From Telmatospirillum sp. (lineage in GTDB: Bacteria; Pseudomonadota; Alphaproteobacteria; CACIAM-22H2), in assembly GCA_020248985.1 (NCBI GenBank), contig JADCGL010000021.1, positions 2,701 through 66,700 on the forward strand: a DNA stretch of 64,000 nucleotides, read 5' to 3'. Each line of letters begins with the position of its first letter. The stretch's first letter is position 1. This document shows, piece after piece, positions 45,995 through 55,445 of this stretch. The position numbers were made by a program, and so were the translations under genes. Under the pieces are notes generated by a model that saw only the letters and a program-made list of their open reading frames with translations, was not told the origin of the DNA and made no database searches.

Positions 45995-46887
45995 GCGCTG
46001 CCGCAATACAAGAGGGCCGCGCACCGTGGCGCGAGCTCGTGGCGGGCTTCTTCGCCGACCGGCTCGCCGCGTTCGGCTTCGTGCTGTTCGTCGCGATCGC
46101 GATCCTCGCCCTGTTCGCGCCGTGGCTGGCACCGCAGGATCCCTACGATCTGGCGAACCTGAACCTCTCCGACGGCCGCTTGCCGCCGGGCAGTACCGGC
46201 AGCGAGGGCGTGTTCTATTTTCTCGGCACGGACGACCAGGGCCGCGATCTGATTGCGGCGATCATGTACGGGTTTCGCGTGAGCCTCGGCATCGGGGCCG
46301 CGTCGAGCCTTGCGGCAATGGCGATCGGCACGACCGTCGGGCTGGCTGCCGCCTATATCGGCGGCTGGCTCGGCGACGCAATCATGCGGATCGTCGATTT
46401 CCAGCTTTCGATCCCGGCCGTGCTGCTGGCCTTGATGATGGTGGCGCTGGTGGGCTCCGGCATCGACAAGATCTTTTTCGCCCTCGTCGTGGCGCAATGG
46501 GCCTATTACGCACGCACGGTGCGCGGCATCGCGATCGTCGAGATGCAAGCCGATTATGTGGCGGCCGCGCGCGGCCTGTGCCTGGGGCCGATGCGCATCC
46601 TGTTCTCGCATCTGCTGCCGAACTGCCTGCCGCCGCTCCTGGTCGTGGTCACGATCCAGATCGCAGCGGCGATCGCCCTCGAGGCGACCTTGTCGTTTCT
46701 CGGGCTCGGCCTGCCGATCAGCGAACCGTCGCTGGGCCTGCTGCTCGCCAACGGCTTCCAGTACATGCTGAGCGGGCGCTACTGGATGAGCCTGTTCCCG
46801 GGCATCGCGCTGCTTCTGATGATCGTCGCGATCAACCTGATCGGCGACCGGCTGCGCGATCTCCTGAACGTGCGCCTGCAGAAATAA
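45991..46887 (+). CDS. Peptide/nickel-type ABC transporter permease (DppC/OppC-like)
   Basis: ATGA overlap with the upstream gene. N-terminal OppC-type region and an EAA region (YVAAARGLCLGPMRILFSHLLPN). Confidence 0.85.
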   Translation: MSAAAIQEGRAPWRELVAGFFADRLAAFGFVLFVAIAILALFAPWLAPQDPYDLANLNLSDGRLPPGSTGSEGVFYFLGTDDQGRDLIAAIMYGFRVSLGIGAASSLAAMAIGTTVGLAAAYIGGWLGDAIMRIVDFQLSIPAVLLALMMVALVGSGIDKIFFALVVAQWAYYARTVRGIAIVEMQADYVAAARGLCLGPMRILFSHLLPNCLPPLLVVVTIQIAAAIALEATLSFLGLGLPISEPSLGLLLANGFQYMLSGRYWMSLFPGIALLLMIVAINLIGDRLRDLLNVRLQK

Positions 46888-46899
46888 GCGGGCCCTGCC

Positions 46900-48051
46900 C
46901 TACGCGGTTGCCAGCGTGCGGTCGGCAGCGGGCCCGCGATGTTTGACGCCGATCTCGTCCATCGATTCGGCAACCGCGCGCGCGACGGCCGCCATGGTTT
47001 CGGGGTCGACATCCCCCATGCAGCCGATACGGAACGTGCCCGCCGCCGTCAAACGGCCCGGAAAGATCGTGAACCCGCGGCGGCGCATCGCCTCGTAGAA
47101 GGCTGGAAAATTGTAGGCGGGATCGGCCGGATCGAGCCAGGTCGTGACGATCGGGGCCGAAACCTCGTCGGGCAGCATCGTGCGGAAGCCGTTCTGGCGC
47201 ATCGCATCGACGAGGCGCTTCCAATTGCGCCGGTATTTCTCGAGCCGCGCCTCGCGCCCGCCTTCGGCCTTGTGGCGCGCAACGGCATTGGCAAACGCCG
47301 CGACCACGTGCGTGGGCGGGGTGAAACGCCATTGGCCCTTGCTGCTCTCCATGAAGGACCATTGCTTGAACAGATCGAGGCTGATCGACGGCGACTTGCC
47401 TTCGGCAGCGATCAGCGAATCCTTGCGGATGATCGCAAAGCCGATCCCCGGCAGCCCTTCCATGCATTTGTTGGGCGAGATCGCGACGGCCTCGACGTCG
47501 AGGGCCGCCACATCGAGCGGAAATGCGCCGAACGACGCGACCGTATCGACGAAGATGTTGCGCCCGCGCGCGCGCGCGGCTTTGGCGATCTCTTCGATGC
47601 GGTTGAGCACGCCGGTACCGGTCTCGACATGGCAGATAGCGACATGCGTGATCTCGGGATCGGCGTCGAGAGCCGCCCCCACTTCCGCGCCCGTCGGCAG
47701 CGGCAGGATCGGCTTTTCGAGCTTAACCACGCGCCGTCCGATCGCCTCGAGGATTTCGCCGAGCCGCAAGCCGTAGAAGCCGTTGACGATGACGAGCACC
47801 TTGGCACCCGGTGCCGTGCAGGCATGGAACAAGGCTTCGCAGGCGTATGTGGCGCTGCCCTGCAGCGGCACGCATTCGTGCGTCGCCGTGCCGTTCGCGA
47901 TCTCGAGCAGATAGCGCCGTGCCGTCGCCGTCATGCCGACGATCTCTTCGGCATTCGGCGAAAGGTCGACGAGCATCGCCTCTTTGGTGGCGCGCGTCGT
48001 CGTGATCGGGCCGGGGGTCAGCAGAATATTGTGCGTGAAATCGGTCGGCAT
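46900..48051 (-). CDS. Class V aminotransferase, PhnW-like (2-aminoethylphosphonate--pyruvate transaminase / serine-pyruvate aminotransferase family)
   Basis: ILLTPGPITTTRATKEAMLVD N-terminus, with the PLP-lysine block AISPNKCMEG (PhnW pattern SANKC.EG). Confidence 0.75.
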   Translation of the reverse strand: MPTDFTHNILLTPGPITTTRATKEAMLVDLSPNAEEIVGMTATARRYLLEIANGTATHECVPLQGSATYACEALFHACTAPGAKVLVIVNGFYGLRLGEILEAIGRRVVKLEKPILPLPTGAEVGAALDADPEITHVAICHVETGTGVLNRIEEIAKAARARGRNIFVDTVASFGAFPLDVAALDVEAVAISPNKCMEGLPGIGFAIIRKDSLIAAEGKSPSISLDLFKQWSFMESSKGQWRFTPPTHVVAAFANAVARHKAEGGREARLEKYRRNWKRLVDAMRQNGFRTMLPDEVSAPIVTTWLDPADPAYNFPAFYEAMRRRGFTIFPGRLTAAGTFRIGCMGDVDPETMAAVARAVAESMDEIGVKHRGPAADRTLATA

Positions 48052-48114
48052 CGCGTTCTCCCAGAATTCTCAAGTCCGGCGGAGTCTACCCCGCCTTTTC
48101 CGCTTCAGGCAAAG

Positions 48115-48146
48115 ACAACGCCCCCGATCGAAATCGGGAGCGTTGT
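48115..48146 (-). terminator. Intercistronic hairpin between the SBP and aminotransferase genes
   Basis: Nested inverted repeats ACAACGC…CCCGAT cgaa ATCGGG…GCGTTGT. The following T-tract is weak, so this may be a partial terminator or attenuator. Confidence 0.35.
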
Positions 48147-48169
48147 TTGTCCGGCAACGAGGCGCTGGA

Positions 48170-49783
48170 TCAGCGGACGGCAGGGCCGGGCTTGGCCTTG
48201 ATCGCCAGCGTGTCTTCGTCGGCGCGCGCTTCGTACTGCACGCGCTCCGCACGGCCCGCCCAGATCGCCTGCAGATTGACGATCGGGATCACCGGCAGCT
48301 TCTGCGCCACGGACGCGATGGCGCCTGCAAACAGCTGCTCGCGCTTGGCGTCGTCGAGTTCGGACGTGGCTGTTGCGATCTGCGCATCGAGCTCGGGATC
48401 GGACCAGAAGGTCCAGTTGAACGTGCCCGTGCGCTTGTCCGCATCGCGCGTATGGACCTGGGCTGCCAGCGTGTAGCCCGCTTCGCCCGTGACAGTGCCC
48501 CAGCCCTGCATTTGCAGGCTGTATTCGCCGCGCCCCTGGGCGGGGAAAAACACGGTGCGCGACACGGCCTGCACGTCGGCCTTGATGTTGATGCGCGCCA
48601 GCATCTGGCCCAAGGCCGTGCACACGCGACCGTCGTTCGGCAGGCGGTCGTTCGTGCAATGCAGCTGCACGCGGAACCCGTCGGGGAAGCCCGCTTCCGT
48701 CATCAAAGCGCGCGCGCGTTCGACATTGTAGGGGATGGTCGGCAGCTGCTTGTTGTAGCCGAACACGCTGCTCGGCACGAGCTGGTTGACCGGCGTTGCC
48801 GTCCCTTCCATCGTCTGGCGCGCAATGAGATTGCGGTCGATGGCGAGCGACAGGGCCTGGCGCACGCGCACGTCGCGCAGCGGATTGTCGATCGGCTGGC
48901 CGGCATTGTTCGTGACCGTCGGCGTGCGCGGGCGCACGTCGGGCCACAGGATGAAGTTGAACAAAGACGGCGCTTGCGTGACCGAAATGCCGCGCTCGCT
49001 CTTGAGGCGGGCCACGTCCGACGGCGGCGCGTAGTTGATCATGTCCACGCGGCGCGACAGGAGGGCTGCGACGCGCGCGCTGTCGTTCGAGATCTCGATC
49101 AGCGACACGCGCCGCCAGGCGGCCTTTTCCGTGCCCCAATAGCCGTCGAAGCGCTCGAGGATCATTTCGTTGCGCGAGGCGAACGACACCGCGCGGTATG
49201 GGCCCGTGCCGATCGCGGCCTTGGCCGAATTGAAATCCTGCTGGCTCGCGTCTTTCGACGCGCGTTCGGACGCCATGAACACGCGCGCGAGGTCGAGCAT
49301 CAGGCCCGGGGCCGGCGACGCGGTCTTGAGGCGAACCGTGTGGTCGTCCACGATTTCCACACTCGCCACACGACGCGCGAACGCAACGACGCCGCCGGTG
49401 CCGCCGCCGACCGTCGGGATGCGCTCGAACGAGAATTTGACGTCCTTGGCCGTGAAGTCGCCGCCGTCGTGGAATTTGACGCCGCGGCGCAGTTTCACTT
49501 CCCAGGTCAGCGGGTCGACCGTACGCCAGCTTTCGGCCAGGCCCGGGATCAGCTCCATGTTGGGGCCGACATCCGCGAGCGAATCGTAGATGTTGCGCAC
49601 CGCCGAGAGATGCGAGCCGAGGCCCGAGAAATGCGGATCGAGGCCCTCGGCGACGGCGCGCACGCCGATCGTGAGGTCCTGGGCGCGGGCCGCCTGGGCC
49701 GCCAGCATTAAGCCGGCAGCCACCAGGGTGGCGGCGGCTGTCCGGCGCACAATCGCGGCCAGATCGACGGTTTTGGTGCGCAT
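48170..49783 (-). CDS. ABC transporter substrate-binding protein, family 5 (DppA/OppA-like), with a signal peptide
   Basis: RTAAATLVAAGLMLAAQAARAQ signal peptide, a GAAGGAG RBS, and an SBP_bac_5 body. Confidence 0.85.
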   Translation of the reverse strand: MRTKTVDLAAIVRRTAAATLVAAGLMLAAQAARAQDLTIGVRAVAEGLDPHFSGLGSHLSAVRNIYDSLADVGPNMELIPGLAESWRTVDPLTWEVKLRRGVKFHDGGDFTAKDVKFSFERIPTVGGGTGGVVAFARRVASVEIVDDHTVRLKTASPAPGLMLDLARVFMASERASKDASQQDFNSAKAAIGTGPYRAVSFASRNEMILERFDGYWGTEKAAWRRVSLIEISNDSARVAALLSRRVDMINYAPPSDVARLKSERGISVTQAPSLFNFILWPDVRPRTPTVTNNAGQPIDNPLRDVRVRQALSLAIDRNLIARQTMEGTATPVNQLVPSSVFGYNKQLPTIPYNVERARALMTEAGFPDGFRVQLHCTNDRLPNDGRVCTALGQMLARINIKADVQAVSRTVFFPAQGRGEYSLQMQGWGTVTGEAGYTLAAQVHTRDADKRTGTFNWTFWSDPELDAQIATATSELDDAKREQLFAGAIASVAQKLPVIPIVNLQAIWAGRAERVQYEARADEDTLAIKAKPGPAVR

Positions 49784-49827
49784 CGTCGTGCTCCTTCAAA
49801 GGATAGATCACGGTAGCCGAAATCAGC

Positions 49828-49841
49828 GAATGTATACAAAG
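49828..49841. promoter_or_regulatory. Conserved 14-mer GAATGTATACAAAG upstream of the SBP5-aminotransferase operon (copy 2 of 2)
   Basis: Identical 14-mer, 44 nt upstream of the ATG at 49783 and in the same orientation relative to that gene as copy 1. Extra ATACAAA/CCATACAA repeats lie at 49853-60 and 49893-900. Confidence 0.5.
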
Positions 49842-49910
49842 CAAAAAGCGGACCATACAAACGCCAATACCCCGCTTGCTTGGTCTTGATGGCCATACAA
49901 TACTTGGGAA

Positions 49911-51323
49911 ATGGCACCGAAACAAATCGTCTTGCTTGCAAACCACGAAATGGCGTCGCTGGAGCCCAACGGCGCCTTGTCCGATTCGAGCAGCGCCACC
50001 CTGCTACTGAAGACGATTTGCCCCGGCCTCGTGCGCTTCGACCACAAAATGGCGATCCAGCCCGCCTTGGCGGCAAGTTGGACCGCCAGCGAGGACCGCC
50101 GACGCTGGCGGTTCGCGCTGCAGCAAAACGCCCGCTTTCACAATGGCCGGGCCGTGACGGCCGAAATCGTGGCCTGGAACTATCGCCGCCTGTTCGATGG
50201 GCGCGTGGGCTCGGTATTGGCCAAGGATTATGCAGGCCTCGAACGCGTCGCGGCCGTATCGGCCGGCGAAGTCGAGTTTACGTTCGACAAGCCGTTTCCG
50301 TGGCTGCTGCAGCATCTCGGTTGGCGCACCCATGTGGCCGACGACACGCTCGACCAGCCGGTCGGAGCGGGTGCTTTCCGGCTCGTGGAATGGGCGCGCG
50401 GCAGCCATCTGCTGCTCGAACGGCACGACGGCTACTGGGACCCGGGCAAGCCGCATTGCACCCGCGTCAAAGTCGTTTTTGCGCCCGATGCCGCTGCGCG
50501 CCTTGCCCTCATCGAGCGCGGTGCGGTGGATATCGTCGAAAACGTGCCGGCACCGATGGCCGCCGATCTGCGCAAGCGCGGGCTGCTCGAAACCGGCACG
50601 GTCGCCTCGGGCCGCAAATCGGTCGTGGTGTTCAATTGCGCGGCCGTCCCCTTTTCGGTGCCCGCGTTGCGCCATGCGGCGGCCCTGGCGATCGACCGGG
50701 CGGCGTTGCGCGCCGAATTCTACGGCGACAAGGCGCGCCCGCTCGACGGCGTGCTCGCCGCGACCGACGCATGGGGCGTCGAAGTCGATCCGATCAAGTT
50801 CGATCCGGAGGCTGCACGCCGCCTCGTGGCGAAGAGCGGCTACGACGGCGCACCTTTGCGCGGCGTGACGTCGTCGGTGTATCCGACCGCGCGCGTGGCT
50901 GCCCGCATCGTCGAGATGCTGCGTGCCGTCGGCATCGCCGTCGATCTTGCCGCCTACGACGATCCGCCCTGGTGGCCGTTTATGTATCTGCGCTCGTTCT
51001 GGCAGATCGCCTTCCACAATATGGGGCCGCGCCCGCATCCCGATCTGCTGCTCGGGCGCGATTTCGTCGGCGGCGGGGCCTTCAACCCGACGGGCTATGC
51101 GAGCCCCGAACTCGACGCGCTGTGGGCGCAAGCGCGCCAGACGGTCGATCCGGCGGCTGCCGAAAAACTCTATGCGCAAGCCCAGCGCCAGATCCGCGCC
51201 GACATGCCGTTCGTGCCGCTCTACGCGACCGACATGATGGTCGGCTGGCGGCCCGGCGTGACCGGCGTGCGGCCGCATCCGATGGCATTCGTCGATCTCG
51301 ACGACGCCGATCTGCCGGGCTGA
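49911..51323 (+). CDS. SBP family-5 homolog lacking a signal peptide (cytoplasmic paralog or N-terminally truncated remnant)
   Basis: 470 aa with a family-5 SBP body (…PALAASWTASEDRRRWRFALQQNARFHNGRAVTAEIV…). The N-terminus MAPKQIVLLANHE… has no hydrophobic signal. An in-frame stop 24 nt upstream rules out an extension. The RBS is weak. Confidence 0.65.
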   Translation: MAPKQIVLLANHEMASLEPNGALSDSSSATLLLKTICPGLVRFDHKMAIQPALAASWTASEDRRRWRFALQQNARFHNGRAVTAEIVAWNYRRLFDGRVGSVLAKDYAGLERVAAVSAGEVEFTFDKPFPWLLQHLGWRTHVADDTLDQPVGAGAFRLVEWARGSHLLLERHDGYWDPGKPHCTRVKVVFAPDAAARLALIERGAVDIVENVPAPMAADLRKRGLLETGTVASGRKSVVVFNCAAVPFSVPALRHAAALAIDRAALRAEFYGDKARPLDGVLAATDAWGVEVDPIKFDPEAARRLVAKSGYDGAPLRGVTSSVYPTARVAARIVEMLRAVGIAVDLAAYDDPPWWPFMYLRSFWQIAFHNMGPRPHPDLLLGRDFVGGGAFNPTGYASPELDALWAQARQTVDPAAAEKLYAQAQRQIRADMPFVPLYATDMMVGWRPGVTGVRPHPMAFVDLDDADLPG

Positions 51324-51326
51324 GCC

Positions 51327-53348
51327 TTACTCGGCCGCGACGGCGGCCACGCGCATCTCGAGCTTTTCGATCCCAGCCAGCAGGCGCTGGCGTTGGGCCT
51401 TGGGATCGTCGATCACGGCCTGCATGCCGATCGTGAAAATCTCCGGCAGGCGCGGACACACGTCGGCGAACAACGCGCGGCGCTGCTGGTGGCGCGCCGC
51501 AACCGGCAAGGCGAGCAGCGCCTTGTTGAGCCGCGTCATCGCCGCATCGTCGAAAACTTGCTCCCAGATCGGCCGTTCGGGGCCAAAATCGAAATCGCTT
51601 TCCTTCGCGACCGCGCGCGGGGCATTGCGCAAAGCGTCCGTTGCGGCTTTGTCGAGCACGCCGTCGCGCACGACCACGCCGTAGTCGCGCTTCGCCCCCG
51701 CTTCGGTGACGTAGCCGAGGGCAACGTCGCGCACGACGAGATCGATGTCGCGCGCGAACGGATCGCCGAAGCCGCCGCCGCCGGCGGTGAGGAACGTGAC
51801 GACGTCGCCCTTCTTGGCGAGATACATGTCGAGCTTGCCGAGATCGCGCTCTTCGGGCGTACCCAAATTCAGAACGACGCGCGCGGTCGCCCCCGGCTTG
51901 CCGCCGCCGAGCCCCCACGGGCGGAACACCATGCGCTCGAGCCCGCGGCCCAAGACCGCACTGCCCTCCTGCAGGATCTTGAAGCCGAACAGGAGGCCCG
52001 TGCCCCCGCGCCATTGGCCGGGGCCGCCGGAATCCGGGCGCAGGCCGTAGATCTCGATCTGCACGGCCGCATCTTCTTCGCTGCGCTCGATGGGCGTGTT
52101 GTGGAGATTGGCAAGGCCGCTGTCGCGCCCGTCCACGCCGTCCGCCCCTTTGCGCGCGCCCGTTCCGCCGACGAGCGACTGCAGCACCATCACGTTGCGG
52201 GTACCCGTCGTCGGGTTCTGCTCGGCCAGCACCGTGGGCACAACCGTGCCGCCCGACGGGGCTGGAACGAGGCCCGGCATCGCCTTTGCGATGGCCCCTA
52301 CGAGCGCATCGTTGACGCGGATCGCGGTCGCGTGCCGCACGCCGACCGCGGCCGGATATTCGGGATTGATCACCGTGCCCTTGGGCACGTTCACGGTGAT
52401 GTTTTCGAACAGGCCGTAATTGAGCGGCACCGTGCGGTCGTAGCTCGCGATGAAATGCATGAGCTTCAAGGTGAGCCACGGATGGCGAATACCGCCGGTC
52501 GGGATATTGTAGGCGGCCAGCACCTGCGGATCCGTGCCGTCGAAATCGAGATGGATGAGGCCGTCGGCTACCGTCATACGCAGGCGGATGCGGATCGGGA
52601 TTTTGGTCGCAAAATCGTCGTCCATCAGGTCCCAGAATTCGTACACGCCGTCGGGCAACTTGCGCTGCACTTCGCGCGCTTTGGCTTTGGCGTATTCGGC
52701 CAAATCGATCTGCGCCTGCATGAAGGTTTCGACGCCGTGCGCTGCGACGATTTCCGACACGCGCCGCTCGCCAATTTCGAGCGCTGCCAGCATCGCGCGG
52801 ATGTCGCCCATATTGGTTTCGGGAATGCGGCAATTGGCGCGGTAGAAGGCCAGGAAATCGCGGTTGAGTTCGCCCTTGCGGGCGAGTTTCATCGGCGGGA
52901 TCTGCAGGCCTTCCTGGAACAGCTCGGAAAAACTCGGCGAAATCGACGACGGCACGCCGCCGCCGATATCCGAGGAATGCACGAAGTCCCAGCCGTAGCA
53001 GACGATCTTGCCGTCGTGGAAATAGGGGCGGATCAGCTGCAGATCGGGCATGTGCGTGGAGAGGCCGCCGCTGTCGTACGGATGGTTCGTGATGATCACG
53101 TCGCCGGGCTCGAGATCGGGCACGGCCGCGATCGAGACGCTGCAGTCGAGATCGAGGAAGCCGGACACGCCGAGCGTTTCGGGATAGGCGAAGAACTTGC
53201 CGCCCAGCGTCGCAAGGGCGGTGCCGAAATCGGACGCCTCTTTCACGTAGGTCGTGCGCGCCGTACGCGCGAGCGTGATCGACATCTCCTCGGTCGCGGC
53301 TTTGACCTTGTGGTAGAGGATTTCGAGCAGGATCGGATCGAGTTTCAT
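51327..53348 (-). CDS. hyuB: Hydantoinase B / N-methylhydantoinase B family protein (second paralog, 673 aa)
   Basis: MKLDPILLEILYHKVKAATEEMSITLARTARTTYVKEASDFGTAL… matches the HyuB family. The ATG at 53348 overlaps the hyuA2 stop. The 1024-aa ORF-track version is read-through. Confidence 0.9.
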   Translation of the reverse strand: MKLDPILLEILYHKVKAATEEMSITLARTARTTYVKEASDFGTALATLGGKFFAYPETLGVSGFLDLDCSVSIAAVPDLEPGDVIITNHPYDSGGLSTHMPDLQLIRPYFHDGKIVCYGWDFVHSSDIGGGVPSSISPSFSELFQEGLQIPPMKLARKGELNRDFLAFYRANCRIPETNMGDIRAMLAALEIGERRVSEIVAAHGVETFMQAQIDLAEYAKAKAREVQRKLPDGVYEFWDLMDDDFATKIPIRIRLRMTVADGLIHLDFDGTDPQVLAAYNIPTGGIRHPWLTLKLMHFIASYDRTVPLNYGLFENITVNVPKGTVINPEYPAAVGVRHATAIRVNDALVGAIAKAMPGLVPAPSGGTVVPTVLAEQNPTTGTRNVMVLQSLVGGTGARKGADGVDGRDSGLANLHNTPIERSEEDAAVQIEIYGLRPDSGGPGQWRGGTGLLFGFKILQEGSAVLGRGLERMVFRPWGLGGGKPGATARVVLNLGTPEERDLGKLDMYLAKKGDVVTFLTAGGGGFGDPFARDIDLVVRDVALGYVTEAGAKRDYGVVVRDGVLDKAATDALRNAPRAVAKESDFDFGPERPIWEQVFDDAAMTRLNKALLALPVAARHQQRRALFADVCPRLPEIFTIGMQAVIDDPKAQRQRLLAGIEKLEMRVAAVAAE

Positions 53349-55408
53349 GCGGCCCTCGTCAGAATGAGATTGCCCACCGGATCGACGGCCGCAACCCAGC
53401 CGGCGAGGATCCAGACGGTCGTGTCGGCCTGTTCGACGATCGCCGGCCCCGCGATCTTCGCCCCGGCCCCCAATTGTCCGCGCGTATAGACGGCAGCCTC
53501 GACCCAGCCCGTGCGGTCGTAGACGCGCCGGTGTGCGATCGGCACAGGCGCCTCTTTGGCTTCGGCGGCAGCGAGTTTCAGCGGGGCGACGCGGCCCGTC
53601 ACGCGCACGCGCAGATTCTTGACCTGCACCGGGCTCGCGGTATCGGCAAAGCCGTAATGCCGCGCGTGCTCCGTGTGGAACAGGGCCACAAGCTTTTCCT
53701 GGTCGATCGCCGTACGCTCGGCCGGCGGTACGGAGACACGCAGATCGTAGGCCTGGCCCGGATAGCGCATGTCGAAGGCGATTTCGAGCTGGTGCTCGCC
53801 GATGAGTTCGCCCTCGGCCGCGACCCACACGAGCGCCTCCTGCTCGACCTCGGCGACCGCTTTCATCAACGATGCCATCTCGGCCGCATCGCGCCCGATC
53901 GTGGTGCGCGTGGCGCGCAGATAGTCGCGCCGCACGTCGGCGAGGATGGCACCAAGAGCACAGAACGTGCCGGGAGCCAACGGCACCACGACTTCGGACA
54001 GCAAAGCTTCCTCGGCCAAAAGATTGGCCTGCGTCGGCCCAGCGCCGCCATAAGCGAGCAACGCGAATTCGCGCGGATCGAGGCCGCGACGCGCCATCAA
54101 CTTCGAGGTTTCGGTCGCCATTTTCGACGTCGCAACACGCAAGGCGGAAGCGGCCGCACGCAGCGCGCGGTCGGGGCCCGTAAGACCGATCTTCTCGCCG
54201 ATCGCATCGAGCGCCTTTTCGGCCGCCGCCTTGTCGAGCGTCATGCGCCCGCCCAGGAAGCGTGTGGGATCGAGAATGCCGGTCACGAGATAGCAGTCGG
54301 TGATCGCAGGCCGCGTGGCACCGCGCCCGTAGCAAGCCGGGCCCGGATCGGCGCCGGCACTTTCGGGCCCGACTTTGAGCACGCCCTGCGCGTCGACCCA
54401 CAGGATCGAGCCACCGCCGGCCCCGATTGCGCCGACATTAACGACCGGCAGCATCAGCGGAAAATCGCCGACATTGGTGGCGGTCGTGAATTCGGGCTCG
54501 CCCGCCACGCACACGGCGATGTCGGTCGACGTACCGCCCATGTCGATCGTGATGAGCTTGGCGCGATTGCCGGGGGCGGCGACGCGGGCTGCGGCGACCA
54601 CGCCCGAAGCGGGGCCCGACAGGATCGTATCGATGGGCCTTTCGCGCGCCGTCTCGAGCCCCAGCGAGCCGCCATTGTTGGCGGTGATATAGATCGGTGC
54701 CGCCAAACCCAGGGCCGCAAGCCGGGTCTTCAGCCGCTCGAAATAGGATTCCATGAGCGGATGGATATAGGCGTTGAGGGCCGCCACCAACGCGCGTTCG
54801 TATTCGCGCACCTCGGGCCACAATTCAGCCGATTCCGTGACGAGCGTGCCGGGCAGCGATTTGCGCAGATCGGCCGCGAGCCCCGCCTCAAGCGTGCGAT
54901 CGCGGTAGGAATTGAGCAGCATCACGGCGACGGCATCGACCTTGGCCGCACGCAGCGAGGCCACGAGGCTCTCATACTCGGCCGCGGTCGGTCGGCGCAC
55001 GATCTCGCCGCTTGCGCGCATGCGCGCGGGCACTTCGAACACAAGATCGCGCGCGATCAGCGGGGCTTCGCGCGGGGCCGTGAAGTCGTAGGAGTTGGGC
55101 ATGCGGCTGCGCGCGAGATCCATCACGTCGCGGTTGCCGGGCGACACGACGAGCGCGACACGCGCCCCGCGCCGCTGGATGATCGCGTTGAGGCCGATCG
55201 TGGTGCCGTGCACGACAAGCTCGACCGCAGAAAATGGCAAGCCCGCCGATGCGACCAAGGCCGCGATGCCGAGTTCGACCGCGCGCGACGGATCTTTCGG
55301 CACGCTCGGTTCTTTGTGGTAGTAGAACTTGCCGTTCGCCAGGTCGGCCATCACGAAATCCGTGAACGTGCCCCCGACATCGATCCCGATCCTGCAGCGC
55401 GCTTGCAT
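53345..55408 (-). CDS. hyuA: Hydantoinase A family protein (second paralog, 687 aa)
   Basis: MQARCRIGIDVGGTFTDFVMADL… matches the HyuA family. A GAAGGA RBS lies about 12 nt upstream. Confidence 0.9.
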   Translation of the reverse strand: MQARCRIGIDVGGTFTDFVMADLANGKFYYHKEPSVPKDPSRAVELGIAALVASAGLPFSAVELVVHGTTIGLNAIIQRRGARVALVVSPGNRDVMDLARSRMPNSYDFTAPREAPLIARDLVFEVPARMRASGEIVRRPTAAEYESLVASLRAAKVDAVAVMLLNSYRDRTLEAGLAADLRKSLPGTLVTESAELWPEVREYERALVAALNAYIHPLMESYFERLKTRLAALGLAAPIYITANNGGSLGLETARERPIDTILSGPASGVVAAARVAAPGNRAKLITIDMGGTSTDIAVCVAGEPEFTTATNVGDFPLMLPVVNVGAIGAGGGSILWVDAQGVLKVGPESAGADPGPACYGRGATRPAITDCYLVTGILDPTRFLGGRMTLDKAAAEKALDAIGEKIGLTGPDRALRAAASALRVATSKMATETSKLMARRGLDPREFALLAYGGAGPTQANLLAEEALLSEVVVPLAPGTFCALGAILADVRRDYLRATRTTIGRDAAEMASLMKAVAEVEQEALVWVAAEGELIGEHQLEIAFDMRYPGQAYDLRVSVPPAERTAIDQEKLVALFHTEHARHYGFADTASPVQVKNLRVRVTGRVAPLKLAAAEAKEAPVPIAHRRVYDRTGWVEAAVYTRGQLGAGAKIAGPAIVEQADTTVWILAGWVAAVDPVGNLILTRAA

Positions 55409-55445
55409 CGTCACGTTCCGTCCTTCGTGTTGAACAAATGTAGCA

